From IMG/VR virus record IMGVR_UViG_3300037519_000101: 58,048 nt of DNA, one strand, 5' to 3'. The notes below the pieces were generated by a model, which had not been told where the DNA came from, did not search any database, and saw only the letters and a program-made list of their open reading frames with translations. Positions 11,401-20,857 of this stretch are shown here, in pieces; the first letter of the stretch is position 1, and the number at the start of each line of letters is the position of its first letter. The position numbers and the translations under genes are program-made. The DNA comes from an uncultured virus (IMG/VR IMGVR_UViG_3300037519_000101) (Duplodnaviria > Heunggongvirae > Uroviricota > Caudoviricetes).

Positions 11401-13990
11401 CACTAATAGCAGCAAAAGTATTTTGAGCTGATTGTTGACCATTGTTGATCACTAATTTAGCATCAAATTGACCAGGCTTACTAACTTCAATACCTTCATC
11501 TTCTGTAGTAATTTTACCACCACTTATATCTGAGACTTTTGTATTAATTTCACCTGTTCCCAAGTAGAGAGCATTTACAGGCGAACCTCCACCACCGCCC
11601 TCTAATTTTGTACCTTGAACATCAGGTACTACAATACTCTGGTAAGCGGGACCTTTAGATACACCAGTTCTTTTACCAACAGATGCAATAATTGCTTCGG
11701 CCAATCCTGCAAGTAACATTGGTACAATAATAACATCTGATAACAATTTAAATTTAGGATGATCTGATGGAGTATTAAAATTTTGTTGACTATATCCGGA
11801 TAATTGACCATAAGTTTTAAATTCTGTAGTGGATAAAAATGGTGTTGTCATCATAGTATCCGGTGAATGGAAACTAAAAATATCTTCCGGTACAGTTTGA
11901 GGATACACATAGTCTGAATTATTACTTATACCAGCTCTGATAAATGGATCATTATACCCAGCAACATGTCCTAATAAAGTATTACTTAAAGGTTTAATAG
12001 TATTAAATGGATAGTTAGGATACAAACCTGTTGTTGTACTATTATTACCTGAACCAGGAACCTGATAAGTTCTTAAATTGTTTACCATTCCTTTAGCAAC
12101 AATAGTTTTGTTACCTTCTCTAGATCCTCTAAGAATTTCAAAACCTACAATACCCGGTATATCATTACCATCATTATCTTTTGGTAAAGCAATATTTTCA
12201 AAATAAACACCCATTAGTCTAATAAAAAACTGATTAGTATTATTTTTAGGATTAGAATTTCTTCTAAAATGTGTTACTGTATCTGCTGCACTTCCAGCTG
12301 CATAATCTTCTGGAAATTTATGATGTCTGATATATTTACCACATAAATCAAACTCTTCCGGATTTACAGTTGCATCTTGACCTGTCCAACAGTGAGCTGA
12401 TGGATTCCATATATCTGGTCTATTATCAGGATACTTCTCTGTTGATTCCCAATATCCCATATCTCCAGTTGCTATAACCTTTCCTCCATCATCACTAAAA
12501 GTACCTACTACAGAGGATGAATTATCTATTGTAGCAGTATTATATACTTCAAATACTTTATCATCTGAATATAATGTATTTTGATTACCTGTTAACCCAG
12601 CATTTTCAAGTGTAGGTGCTCCGTTAGGGACATTAAAGTTTCTAGGAGGTCTTCCCGGAATATGGTATGTTGATGTTTTATCTCCTGTATTATATACCCA
12701 TCTAATAAAAAATGAATATACTTCATCTCTCATATAGTTAGTTTTGTTACCACCTTTCATATAGTAATCAGCAGGATATTCTACAGAAGCCCACTTAGTT
12801 CTAATTAAGTTAGCTAAAGGTTGATAATTAAAATCAAACTTACTTCTTGGACCAACTCTTAGCAAATAATTATTTACTTCTGCTATTTGATCTGAAGTTT
12901 CAAATACTGGAGTTTGTAATGGTAATTGTTCAAGAGGTATTGTTATGTTAGCTCCATTATCAATTTGATCAATACTTACGGTAGATGTATTAGTGGAGTA
13001 TATACCCATTAACTGTGCTACAGTTTGTTGATTAACACACTTTACTATTACTAATTGAAACTCATCAAAGTTTACATTATCCGCAGATATGTTTAAAGTA
13101 AGTGATCCTTGAAGATCTTGAGGAGAATATATAAACTGATAATTACTTTGTGCAAAGTAATCAGTTACTTTCTGTCCTTTTATAGTATATGCTATAAGAG
13201 CAAAATATGTCCCGTTAGCTAGTGTACCCCCTTGTTGCCCTCTTGTTAAATTTAAACAAGGTGTAGTCATAAGTCTTGCTAGTCTTATGTGTTCACAATC
13301 TAAAGAATTTAATTTTGTACATGTAACACAACCTACAGCAGTATAATTAGGTTTTGGTACAATTACACCAGATTCATCTTTACATTCTTCTACCCACTGT
13401 ACATTTGGCCAAAGTATTTTAGTTCCTCCAGGTCCTTGGTAGTAATTTGCATTAGCTCCTATGGATGTTATGTAAGAATAATCTGGTCCAGGCCATGTTT
13501 GAGGATCACCAACATTTAAATATCTATCTGGATTTAAACCATCACCCCAATATACTTGCCAAGTACAATCTTCTTTTAATCTTGATACACCAGATATTAA
13601 ATATCTTTTATCAAAGTTTAAGCAAGCATCAATTACAATAGGTTTATAACTACATCGTTCTTCTTCAAATAAACCAATTTCAGAACTTACAGGCTGACCA
13701 TTTGCGTTATGACCCGCTGTAAATATTATCCACTTATCTGAAAAAAGATATATAGCTCCTATTACTAATTTTTCTACAGCAATACTTGGCATAAATGTAC
13801 CAGCATTAAAACAAATATAATTAGCAGCTTCATTAGATATTGAACCTACTTTACCTGTCTTAGAGTTATTCACCATGTTGACAGCATGTGTCCACATACC
13901 GTCTGTAACATATGAAGGATCTGAATCTTTATTAAGTCCCTTTATAAAACTATCCGTTATATTCTGGGAAGTATCTTGCATATCTGCCAT
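8486..13990 (-). CDS. Tail muzzle / tail stabilisation protein (P22 gp10-like), 1834 aa
   Basis: N-terminal SFIKGLNKDSDP..W..AVN; YMRDEVYSFFIRW, IRHHKFP, FGGDTYINRY and WISFHDWHP motifs; position after ring proteins. Confidence 0.75.
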   Translation of the reverse strand: MADMQDTSQNITDSFIKGLNKDSDPSYVTDGMWTHAVNMVNNSKTGKVGSISNEAANYICFNAGTFMPSIAVEKLVIGAIYLFSDKWIIFTAGHNANGQPVSSEIGLFEEERCSYKPIVIDACLNFDKRYLISGVSRLKEDCTWQVYWGDGLNPDRYLNVGDPQTWPGPDYSYITSIGANANYYQGPGGTKILWPNVQWVEECKDESGVIVPKPNYTAVGCVTCTKLNSLDCEHIRLARLMTTPCLNLTRGQQGGTLANGTYFALIAYTIKGQKVTDYFAQSNYQFIYSPQDLQGSLTLNISADNVNFDEFQLVIVKCVNQQTVAQLMGIYSTNTSTVSIDQIDNGANITIPLEQLPLQTPVFETSDQIAEVNNYLLRVGPRSKFDFNYQPLANLIRTKWASVEYPADYYMKGGNKTNYMRDEVYSFFIRWVYNTGDKTSTYHIPGRPPRNFNVPNGAPTLENAGLTGNQNTLYSDDKVFEVYNTATIDNSSSVVGTFSDDGGKVIATGDMGYWESTEKYPDNRPDIWNPSAHCWTGQDATVNPEEFDLCGKYIRHHKFPEDYAAGSAADTVTHFRRNSNPKNNTNQFFIRLMGVYFENIALPKDNDGNDIPGIVGFEILRGSREGNKTIVAKGMVNNLRTYQVPGSGNNSTTTGLYPNYPFNTIKPLSNTLLGHVAGYNDPFIRAGISNNSDYVYPQTVPEDIFSFHSPDTMMTTPFLSTTEFKTYGQLSGYSQQNFNTPSDHPKFKLLSDVIIVPMLLAGLAEAIIASVGKRTGVSKGPAYQSIVVPDVQGTKLEGGGGGSPVNALYLGTGEINTKVSDISGGKITTEDEGIEVSKPGQFDAKLVINNGQQSAQNTFAAISANIAAGGGKYEDVYEDGAKSAKDVFGGIYTSQEIHSEWNASRYLPESLKFLNSVRSFAYYFSEGMRVTLDLIYALTGYKQQALQQKAYGFYSNIDKNLNTDTTRFKMEDGFYLRDNIQTVSRYQDNNGTWRSYTINNIKRSPKVIVRTKAGNNQNKGPKLLTGDKSLTTLGTLLQVPGFNTYLPVGAVKPDFKGDVDRTFSLPIQSHYGAIRGRVRNQYGQLDSIKQLPVGTCEQKLSDYTINSTTLVCNSVNIIKNTIYRTPLMFGGDTYINRYTEKDTMCFFFDWLYDQPDGFEYNYYLRSMIPNPRFRLNSRLYDAQDLAGALNITNIIGFITGTNTFAPGEGILPSDFYNLDYFVDTSKKYNYNKDEAKNYPGFFTCKDSYFYLGVSSIRDFFVESEVLVDFRTQPEEIARKYYNPYNFTDYNAMFDTNPNIYGVNSYNQYDYSLSVSKLYNQYFSLGSVQNRYYDPNVADLCYTYYPNRIIYSLPQQDEAIKDSWFVYLVNNYKAFKSHVSGVKSINKSGLIITFKNDSPMMYQGVDTLQTDLGTKVTLGDGGLFSQAPQQLSNADKPYEYGASQNRLSVISTPVGIFYMSQAAGKIFSVGEGLQEISQQGMKWWFTLFLPYKLTEDFPLYPYQDNPVAGIGCQAVFDNTNTILYFCKKDYQLKDKYKGKVTYIPLKGDSTGDYFIINGNTTARFKLGDPILFRDASWTISYDPKNQFWISFHDWHPDLFMPTKDVFISTKGTGGWRHNWICDKYCNYYGIDYACEIDVPITTGQAVTTTRSVEYIMEAYRKTDNCVDSYHVLDYNFDTAVVYNSEQVSGYLNLNIYPKNDLVLTRQFPRLNPTTLTSFDILFSKEENKYRFNQFWDITKDRGEFPIGTTYPVGQGPYGPGTTTLLGNYSNLNTWITEPDGFRRVLNQNNLNYAKPELQRKKFRHYMSFINFKKNISGNTNIVLKIDNSKNEISLR

Positions 13991-13991
13991 C

Positions 13992-15044
13992 TTAGATCAC
14001 TTTAGTATTATAATTTAACCTAGCATAATTACCAAATGTTGGAGCTTTAAACATATCATAGTATTTAGAATACTGCGCTCTTCTATTAGTCCACCATAGT
14101 TGCTCCATCTCTTTAAAGTTTGGAGTATTAACCAAACTTAATGCATTGTTTCTAGATTCTTTTAACTCAGGGATAATAACTTGTAGTCTCTGAGCTACAT
14201 CTTCTCCATTTAAATATAAGTTTTCAAGAATTCTTTTCTTAAAAGCATATTCATAGTAATCATTAAGTCTTGGATGATCAGGAACCATTAAGTTTCCATT
14301 CTCATCTTGTAGTTCTCCTTGGTAATTTACATACACATGACCATCTTGGAAAGTAGTAAAAAGAAAACCATCTTTAAGCCAACCTTCATCTGGACCATTA
14401 TGATATAAGTTAGGACATTCACATTCTATATTCTGACTTGGTTTCATTCTTAACTGAACAAGTGTATTATATTTTCTTGTAAGTCCTGAGTGAACTACTT
14501 GGATTAATTCATATGACTCACCTTTACAATTCATAAATACTCTTGGAGCTACACAAGTATCTCCATAAGGATTCTCGGGATCATAAGTTGGTGTTGTATT
14601 TGTGATAGGTGTATTAAATTCACAAGCTGCTGTGTGGTTACATGGATTGGAATTACAGGTTCTACAATTAACTGTTGCTACAGCACAACTATCTACACCA
14701 CCAGGAAATTCTCTATATTTTACTGTTCCTAAAGGAACCTCTTGTATATTAGTTCCACCAACTCTTCCATCATAACCAACATGCTCTGTTCTTTCATGAC
14801 AGGACATACCAAAATTCCACACATAGAAGTCATCTGGGAGCTTAACTCTTCCATGACAGATATCTAGTACCACTTCCTTAGTTTGATTAATTCTAAGACC
14901 TAAATCATAGTTTATCTTTCTAGCAAGTTTAATTAACTGTTGTGGCTCAATCATGTTTTCCAAAGCAAAACTTGATAAGTCAATCTGAACATCTTCCATT
15001 AATTGGTCAAATGTTCGGAAGCGGAGTGTGTAATTAAAGTCCAT
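13992..15044 (-). CDS. Tail ring/tubular protein
   Basis: GRVKLPDDF and VYVNYQG..DENGNLMVPD motifs as in crAss-like ring proteins; directly upstream of muzzle. Confidence 0.65.
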   Translation of the reverse strand: MDFNYTLRFRTFDQLMEDVQIDLSSFALENMIEPQQLIKLARKINYDLGLRINQTKEVVLDICHGRVKLPDDFYVWNFGMSCHERTEHVGYDGRVGGTNIQEVPLGTVKYREFPGGVDSCAVATVNCRTCNSNPCNHTAACEFNTPITNTTPTYDPENPYGDTCVAPRVFMNCKGESYELIQVVHSGLTRKYNTLVQLRMKPSQNIECECPNLYHNGPDEGWLKDGFLFTTFQDGHVYVNYQGELQDENGNLMVPDHPRLNDYYEYAFKKRILENLYLNGEDVAQRLQVIIPELKESRNNALSLVNTPNFKEMEQLWWTNRRAQYSKYYDMFKAPTFGNYARLNYNTKVI

Positions 15045-15715
15045 TATCTTAAAATATTTTGACTGTCATCACTACCATCAACTGGTATCTGAGCAATCAT
15101 GGTTAATTCTTTTAATGTGTACTGTTCTATTTCTGAAAATAAATAATCAGGAAATGGAAATGGTTGATCTTGTTTAAGTTTGCATTGATCTTCTGGATCA
15201 CATTGATAAGCTGTGATATCTCCATCAAATATAGCTTCTATTCTTATGGCATCCCAATCAACATTAGGTAGATACAAGTAGCCATTTAAAAACCAAAAAT
15301 ATTTTCTTGTGTTATATTTAAAAGTAGTTGATCTTGTTATAGAAACCCAAGTACCCGGATTTGTTCTAAACATAATATCACTACCATCTATTGAAGATAC
15401 AGTACGTATAATAGGTCCTAGTATACCATTTAATATAGAAGGAATTTTTTCTTTAGTTCTTTTAAAGTAACATCCAGAATATACTCCTGTACAACCAGCC
15501 TCTATCTTATCTACATCTATAAGTTCTACAAAAGGTAATACAGAAAATATAGAACTTATTTTCATAAGTCTATACTGGTTGTCTTCTCTTTTAAGTAATG
15601 TTTGACCATACTTTAAAAGAGATAAATAAATCACTCTATCAGTTAAGAATGGATCTTCTTTTACTGCTTTAAGAGTGTTTCTCATTCTTGATATTGCTTC
15701 ACCAACTGTTGTCAT
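15044..15715 (-). CDS. Tail ring protein
   Basis: DPFLTDRVI, KYFWFLNGYLY, IRIEAIFD, DQPFPFPDYL motifs; synteny. Confidence 0.6.
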   Translation of the reverse strand: MTTVGEAISRMRNTLKAVKEDPFLTDRVIYLSLLKYGQTLLKREDNQYRLMKISSIFSVLPFVELIDVDKIEAGCTGVYSGCYFKRTKEKIPSILNGILGPIIRTVSSIDGSDIMFRTNPGTWVSITRSTTFKYNTRKYFWFLNGYLYLPNVDWDAIRIEAIFDGDITAYQCDPEDQCKLKQDQPFPFPDYLFSEIEQYTLKELTMIAQIPVDGSDDSQNILR

Positions 15716-16293
15716 AATTCAAATTCATTATATGTTTTAAGAGCATTTTGGGTAAGTAATGCTTCCTTCCCCGCATAGTATACTTGTTGATATAGTTTTT
15801 TGATTTTTTTATTATTCTCTACTACTCTATACATATTCCAATTTTCAGGATATGATTTAGCAACAAGTCTTTTAAAATCTCTACATGCAACAAAAGTCCA
15901 ATACTCTCTATTTTTCATTTTATGTTTTAGTGCATTGCTTGTAAAAAATATCTTTGCTAACTTTCCGTCCGTAGCAAAATTATTATTATTCACTTCTACA
16001 CCATACTGTCTAGATTTAGAAAAATCAACATTTCTTTTTTTACTTTGTTGACATGTTCCTACAAAAAGCCATCCAATTTGATCAGGTAGTTGAACACCAT
16101 CTCTACTATCAACAACCATATTATACACTGTTCTATTAAATGTCTTTGTTATATTCTTTAACATGCTGTTTTCATACTTAGCATATCTAGGATACTTCTT
16201 TTTAAATCCATCAAAGAACTCTTTGTCTAAGAGATTAGATACTTCAGGTCTATATCTCGGTGCTGATAAATCAGGTGTCTTAAACTCTCTCAT
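15712..16293 (-). CDS. IHF/HU-like basic protein of the crAss-like tail module
   Basis: GVQLPDQIGWL and WTFVACRDFKRLVAK; basic; located before ring genes. Confidence 0.55.
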   Translation of the reverse strand: MREFKTPDLSAPRYRPEVSNLLDKEFFDGFKKKYPRYAKYENSMLKNITKTFNRTVYNMVVDSRDGVQLPDQIGWLFVGTCQQSKKRNVDFSKSRQYGVEVNNNNFATDGKLAKIFFTSNALKHKMKNREYWTFVACRDFKRLVAKSYPENWNMYRVVENNKKIKKLYQQVYYAGKEALLTQNALKTYNEFEL

Positions 16294-16322
16294 AATAATA
16301 TAGTAAAAATTAGTTATATTAG

Positions 16323-16330
16323 CAAATATA
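16323..16330 (-). promoter_or_regulatory. Bacteroidota-type -7 promoter element TATATTTG
   Basis: Matches TAnnTTTG, ~30 nt upstream of ATG 16293 and just after a terminator. Confidence 0.5.
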
Positions 16331-16335
16331 GCTAT

Positions 16336-16363
16336 AAAACAAAACCCCTACAAGTGCAGGGGT
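16336..16363 (-). terminator. Rho-independent terminator
   Basis: ACCCCTGC-ACTT-GTAGGGGT then TTTGTTTT. Confidence 0.75.
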
Positions 16364-16410
16364 CTGTCCGTAGTTGTAAGAATAAACCAACAAACTTCAA
16401 CTAACTAATA
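16336..16410 (-). ncRNA. Candidate 3'-UTR small RNA: hairpin with UUUGUUGGUUUAUU loop followed by an intrinsic terminator
   Basis: Stem TAGTTGAAG (16403-16395) / CTTACAACTA (16380-16371) with a 14-nt loop complementary to AAACCAACAAA at several start codons. Confidence 0.45.
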
Positions 16411-17055
16411 TCAAGGAATATCAAATGGTGTCAAAGGATGATTACCTGTAGCAGTCATAATTTTTTTAAGTTGTTGCATCATCAATCCTAGTACTGTTCT
16501 AAATTCTAAATAATGACTATACTCAGGAGTTTGATAATTTGTAAAATCTATACTATATGTATATGGTTGATCTGGTACATTTGGTCCCACTGGAATACTT
16601 ATTGTGTTTGTTTCTATACCTGTTTTTTTATTAGGATCTCCTGGAGGTAATAATGAATTTTGTATTTGCTCTCTTTTAGATCTAAAGTTTATAGATTTTA
16701 TAACAAAACCATCAGGTTGTCCATAATATAGACTACACATTGTAGTCAAGTTACTTAAAGAATTACATTTCTCATTAAGTAAACCTTCCGGTATAATTAT
16801 ATCTCCTGTAATAGGATCTTGATAACCAGGATCATAATAAAAATTATATGAAGCTAAAAAGTAATTATCAACAGCTGCTAACCAAGCATCATATGTTGCT
16901 CTTGCTGTTCCATATAAATCTTCATTTTCTGGAATATTTGTATTTTCCGTACAGGTATTTCCTGCTGCACCAATAAGACAATACTCTTCAATATCAAAGT
17001 TACAAACTCTTGGTCTGTGATTATTCCAAATTTCTATGTTCTTTATAAAACTCAT
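16411..17055 (-). CDS. Hypothetical protein, probably structural
   Basis: 214-aa ORF, last gene of the Cys-rich cluster. Confidence 0.55.
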   Translation of the reverse strand: MSFIKNIEIWNNHRPRVCNFDIEEYCLIGAAGNTCTENTNIPENEDLYGTARATYDAWLAAVDNYFLASYNFYYDPGYQDPITGDIIIPEGLLNEKCNSLSNLTTMCSLYYGQPDGFVIKSINFRSKREQIQNSLLPPGDPNKKTGIETNTISIPVGPNVPDQPYTYSIDFTNYQTPEYSHYLEFRTVLGLMMQQLKKIMTATGNHPLTPFDIP

Positions 17056-17057
17056 AA

Positions 17058-18416
17058 TTAAACTGGATATTTTAATTCATATTTAAATCTATGAAACATT
17101 ACATAATCATTAGCCCAAAGAAAAGGTCCGTTTGCAAATAAAACAGAATTAAATGCTGCTAACCAAGCATTTCTTTTTGACCGGTCCGGTTGACCTATGT
17201 TAACTATTATACCACCTAATGTTTCACTCCACATATTTGTGACTGGATCCCATGCATATTCACCAAATAAAGTTGGATCTAACGGATCAGTTGCCCATTT
17301 TACTAATTGACCGGGCTGTCCAGTAGGAGGTGTATTTCCAAAAGGTACAGCAGCTATCCAATAAAATTTTGTACAATCTTCAGGATCTAACATTGAGAAT
17401 CTTTCAGCTAATGTTTGATTAGCTAATTCAGGCCAAGAAATTTCATTCCATACTCTAAATGTACATTCTGGACATCCCCATAAAATATTATAATTCATGA
17501 GACCTCCTTTATAAAATATTAATTGATCACCTAAATTACCAGGTTCCCATTGTGTGTAATCCAAAGGAATTGTAGGTTCAGGTGAACCTACATTTTCATT
17601 AAGACTATTTTCATTAACTGCTTGAGCATATTGATCTCTAGCTTCTCTATACTCACTTGCCGCATCTTCATATGATGGATAACCTTCAACACAACAAATA
17701 TTTTTTAATTCAGTACATGTAGGCATGTAATCTGGATTATCCATAAAATCCATTGGTCCTAATGCAAATGGAGTTTCATATCCGTTGTTATTAAATATCC
17801 TACCTCCTAAAAATGCTTGTCTTGGTTGAGGTGGATCAACTATTATAGAATAACAGTCTGATGCATAAAGGAAATGAACTGTTTCTTTACATCCTCTTGA
17901 ATCTTTAACTGTAAGTTGAATGTTACTTACTTTAATATTTTTATCTATATTACCTGTCATAATTGCATTAGCTGCAATACAAGTTAAATTCAAAGTAGGT
18001 AATGTTGTTGAGCCAGAAACAAAATGACCAACAAAATCTCCTTGAGCAATTTCCCATTCATATGTATAAGGTGCTTGACCATTTGCTACACTAGCAGTTA
18101 ATGTTGGAGTATCCTCATCATCTGGATTTGGAACAATATTAACTTCTAGAGCACATCTTGGAGGTGTTTGACAAATTATATCAAGTAGGCTTTGTAAAGC
18201 AGATTCTAAGTTTTCAAATTTACTAATTACTACAAAGGTAGTTCCACAATATAATATATTGTTATTTGTGTATTGTACGCATGCTGAATCAAGTATCTCA
18301 GAACATGCATATGATTCTGGACAAGTTCCTGGATCAGGACATATTGTATATGATTTTGGTGTATAGTTTAAAATTACTTTTTTATTGCTACCACCACAGT
18401 TTCTACAAACAGGCAT
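17058..18416 (-). CDS. Cys-rich putative fibre/decoration protein with Ig-like (SprB/PKD-like) segment
   Basis: N-terminal CxxC..CSEILDSACVQYT; LTASVANGQAPYTYEW..LTVKDSRGC. Confidence 0.55.
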   Translation of the reverse strand: MPVCRNCGGSNKKVILNYTPKSYTICPDPGTCPESYACSEILDSACVQYTNNNILYCGTTFVVISKFENLESALQSLLDIICQTPPRCALEVNIVPNPDDEDTPTLTASVANGQAPYTYEWEIAQGDFVGHFVSGSTTLPTLNLTCIAANAIMTGNIDKNIKVSNIQLTVKDSRGCKETVHFLYASDCYSIIVDPPQPRQAFLGGRIFNNNGYETPFALGPMDFMDNPDYMPTCTELKNICCVEGYPSYEDAASEYREARDQYAQAVNENSLNENVGSPEPTIPLDYTQWEPGNLGDQLIFYKGGLMNYNILWGCPECTFRVWNEISWPELANQTLAERFSMLDPEDCTKFYWIAAVPFGNTPPTGQPGQLVKWATDPLDPTLFGEYAWDPVTNMWSETLGGIIVNIGQPDRSKRNAWLAAFNSVLFANGPFLWANDYVMFHRFKYELKYPV

Positions 18417-18418
18417 AA

Positions 18419-18952
18419 TTAAACTAAATTAGCAAATGTATAATATCTTGTTGTTTTATTTAAAGCACCATCAGTGACATCTAATCTTATGTGAGACATA
18501 TTAACAGCACCAGTTGCACCACTTATTCCACCTACCTGAAATGTATTACCTACTATAGGTGAAAGAATAACAGATGAAAAATTAGCACCACCAGTTATTG
18601 TATGTCCAACAAATGTTCCTTGTTCTATTGACCATAAAAATTGATATGGTGCACTACCACCAGATACATTTGCAGCTAACCCACCTTCATTATCAGTAAT
18701 TTCAACTACTAGAGTACCACTTGTAATTTCACAAACTTTATCAACTATATTTTGTAATGCTTGTTCTATACTTGTATTAGTTGCTACAACAGTATCTGTA
18801 CCACAATCTAAATTTAAACCTGTATATATAACACATGCTGAATCAAATGTCTCTTCACACTTCTGTGGTGTAGGGCATTCAGCTGGATCCGAGCATGGTG
18901 CTACAGGTAAGAAAGTATCTTTGCATCCGCAATTTTGACATGTATTTTCCAT
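18419..18952 (-). CDS. Cys-rich putative fibre/decoration protein, paralog of the N-terminal half of 17058..18416
   Basis: CQNC..CEETFDSACVIYTG; ANVSGGSAPYQFLWSIEQGTFVGH matches ASVANGQAPYTYEWEIAQGDFVGH. Confidence 0.55.
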   Translation of the reverse strand: MENTCQNCGCKDTFLPVAPCSDPAECPTPQKCEETFDSACVIYTGLNLDCGTDTVVATNTSIEQALQNIVDKVCEITSGTLVVEITDNEGGLAANVSGGSAPYQFLWSIEQGTFVGHTITGGANFSSVILSPIVGNTFQVGGISGATGAVNMSHIRLDVTDGALNKTTRYYTFANLV

Positions 18953-18962
18953 AACTAATATT

Positions 18963-20825
18963 TTATATTCCTGTTACTATAGCAAGATCACCTCTTAATT
19001 TAACAATTGAAAATCCTATATTATCTGAACCATCGTATCCTGAACCATCATAATTTTTATCAGAATAATTTAAAACACTCATATATACAGGTGTTGTACT
19101 TATGTTACCTATTACTTTACTACATGTTACATCAACTTGTCTTGTTACACCTGGTACAAATGTTTGTGTTTGACCTGCATATGTATCAGTATTATTAGCA
19201 CACAAACCTATACCAAAAGATCCTGCAGCACTTGTCCAAATTGTTGTTCCTGAATCATCAGGTTTTAAATGTGCAAATGCTGAAATTAAATACATACCAG
19301 GTTCAGTTATGGTAAAAAAACCAGTTGAAACATCAAATGTTCCAAATGTACAACCATATGTATCAAATTGTCCTTGTGATACAAACCAGTTAATAGCAGT
19401 TTTACTTATGTTATAAGTAAGATTATCTACAGAACTTGTTGTTGTAATGTTATTAGGTTGAATAATTCTTTTAAAAGAACTTGGAAAACTAAATTGAGGA
19501 AATGCAGCCGGTGGAGTTGTTAATGAAGTAGGCATTGTCATCCAACTACCAGCAGTAGTATTTTTAATTGTCCATTGACAACCAAACATTTCTAAACCAT
19601 ATTGACTATAAACAGAATATGTAGTATCACCTAATCCAGGACCTGCCGTTGGGGTTACAGTAACAGTGTTATTAGCAGTAAGGGATGGTTGTACAATTGC
19701 TTCTTTACCAGATACTGTATAGATAGTATTTGTAGGATCTGTTGTATTTGTTGCTACTGTTATGTTATCACCGGCAGCAACAGTAGTTCCTCTTGCATTT
19801 ACTGTATAATCAGTATTGTCTCCTACTACAGTTGTGGTAACACTAGCAATATTAGTACCTGCAGAAACAGAAGAACTTTTAGCTCTTACATCAAAAGAAA
19901 TTTCTGGTCCGCATGTTCCAGGAGTTGTTGTAGTTGTAACGATAACATTAGTGTTACCTGCAGTTACATTGTATCTTTTATATGCATCTCTAATATCTTG
20001 AACAGTTAACCATAAATCAATAAAGCTTTCACTTAAATTAGTTGGTGTAGTAATCCATGTAGTAGAAAATAATTGATCTAATGTTAAAGCACAGTTAGAT
20101 AATGCACCATCTGTACCGCTTACAGTACTGTTACCTAAGTTATATGCTATTGTGATATCTGATGGTTGACCTGTTGATCCAAGTAGTGCACAGTATCCAT
20201 GATCATTATCATTAATAAGTGCTGTAAGAATTATGTTCAGAGGGTAAGCTACTCCCGCAACAACACTACCATCTGCTAATGTACAATCTGGTATAACAGA
20301 AGGAAGTACGTATGGAGGTGTAGGTGGGATAGATTCTAATGCTATTACTCTATTTGTTATATTTGTAATAGAATTATTTATTGTAGTAATGTCATCTAGA
20401 ATAGAACAGATAGTATTACCAATTAACTGTACATAGTCTAACAACTTCATTGTAGTTTGAGTACCTGTTTGTAAACAAGCAGCTACTGGTACAATACAAT
20501 CTGTAGGGCATGAACTATTTCCACGGGTAGGAAATGAGCTAGGAGTTGGTACATTATTTATATCACAAATCTTATCAATTAAAATTTGTAGTAATTGATT
20601 AATGTTAGTAGGTGTACCTGTTGTAATTTCTAAACAATCTAAATCAAGTGTAGAAATATTTACTGCATCTACAATGTCACACAACTGCATAGCTAATGCA
20701 TATACTACATCTGTAATAGTATCTCCTGTACATAATTTTATACAAGGAATATTTGGACCTTGCCAAATAACACAGTTACTTGATATTGGACTGCAAGGGC
20801 TGTTATCTAAATTAAGTGGTTTCAT
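18963..20825 (-). CDS. Putative tail fibre
   Basis: CSPISSNCVIWQGP N-terminus, short coiled coil, Thr/Val-rich AGxNI repeats, C-terminal C1q-like FTITEPGMYLISA head. Confidence 0.65.
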   Translation of the reverse strand: MKPLNLDNSPCSPISSNCVIWQGPNIPCIKLCTGDTITDVVYALAMQLCDIVDAVNISTLDLDCLEITTGTPTNINQLLQILIDKICDINNVPTPSSFPTRGNSSCPTDCIVPVAACLQTGTQTTMKLLDYVQLIGNTICSILDDITTINNSITNITNRVIALESIPPTPPYVLPSVIPDCTLADGSVVAGVAYPLNIILTALINDNDHGYCALLGSTGQPSDITIAYNLGNSTVSGTDGALSNCALTLDQLFSTTWITTPTNLSESFIDLWLTVQDIRDAYKRYNVTAGNTNVIVTTTTTPGTCGPEISFDVRAKSSSVSAGTNIASVTTTVVGDNTDYTVNARGTTVAAGDNITVATNTTDPTNTIYTVSGKEAIVQPSLTANNTVTVTPTAGPGLGDTTYSVYSQYGLEMFGCQWTIKNTTAGSWMTMPTSLTTPPAAFPQFSFPSSFKRIIQPNNITTTSSVDNLTYNISKTAINWFVSQGQFDTYGCTFGTFDVSTGFFTITEPGMYLISAFAHLKPDDSGTTIWTSAAGSFGIGLCANNTDTYAGQTQTFVPGVTRQVDVTCSKVIGNISTTPVYMSVLNYSDKNYDGSGYDGSDNIGFSIVKLRGDLAIVTGI

Positions 20826-20843
20826 ATCTTTTACTTCTTATTT

Positions 20844-20851
20844 TAATATAC
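20844..20851 (-). promoter_or_regulatory. GTATATTA putative late-promoter motif
   Basis: Same octamer at 6241, 24912, 43979, 46831, 50039, 51427 and 54561, each shortly upstream of a minus-strand start. Confidence 0.55.
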
Positions 20852-20857
20852 AAAATA

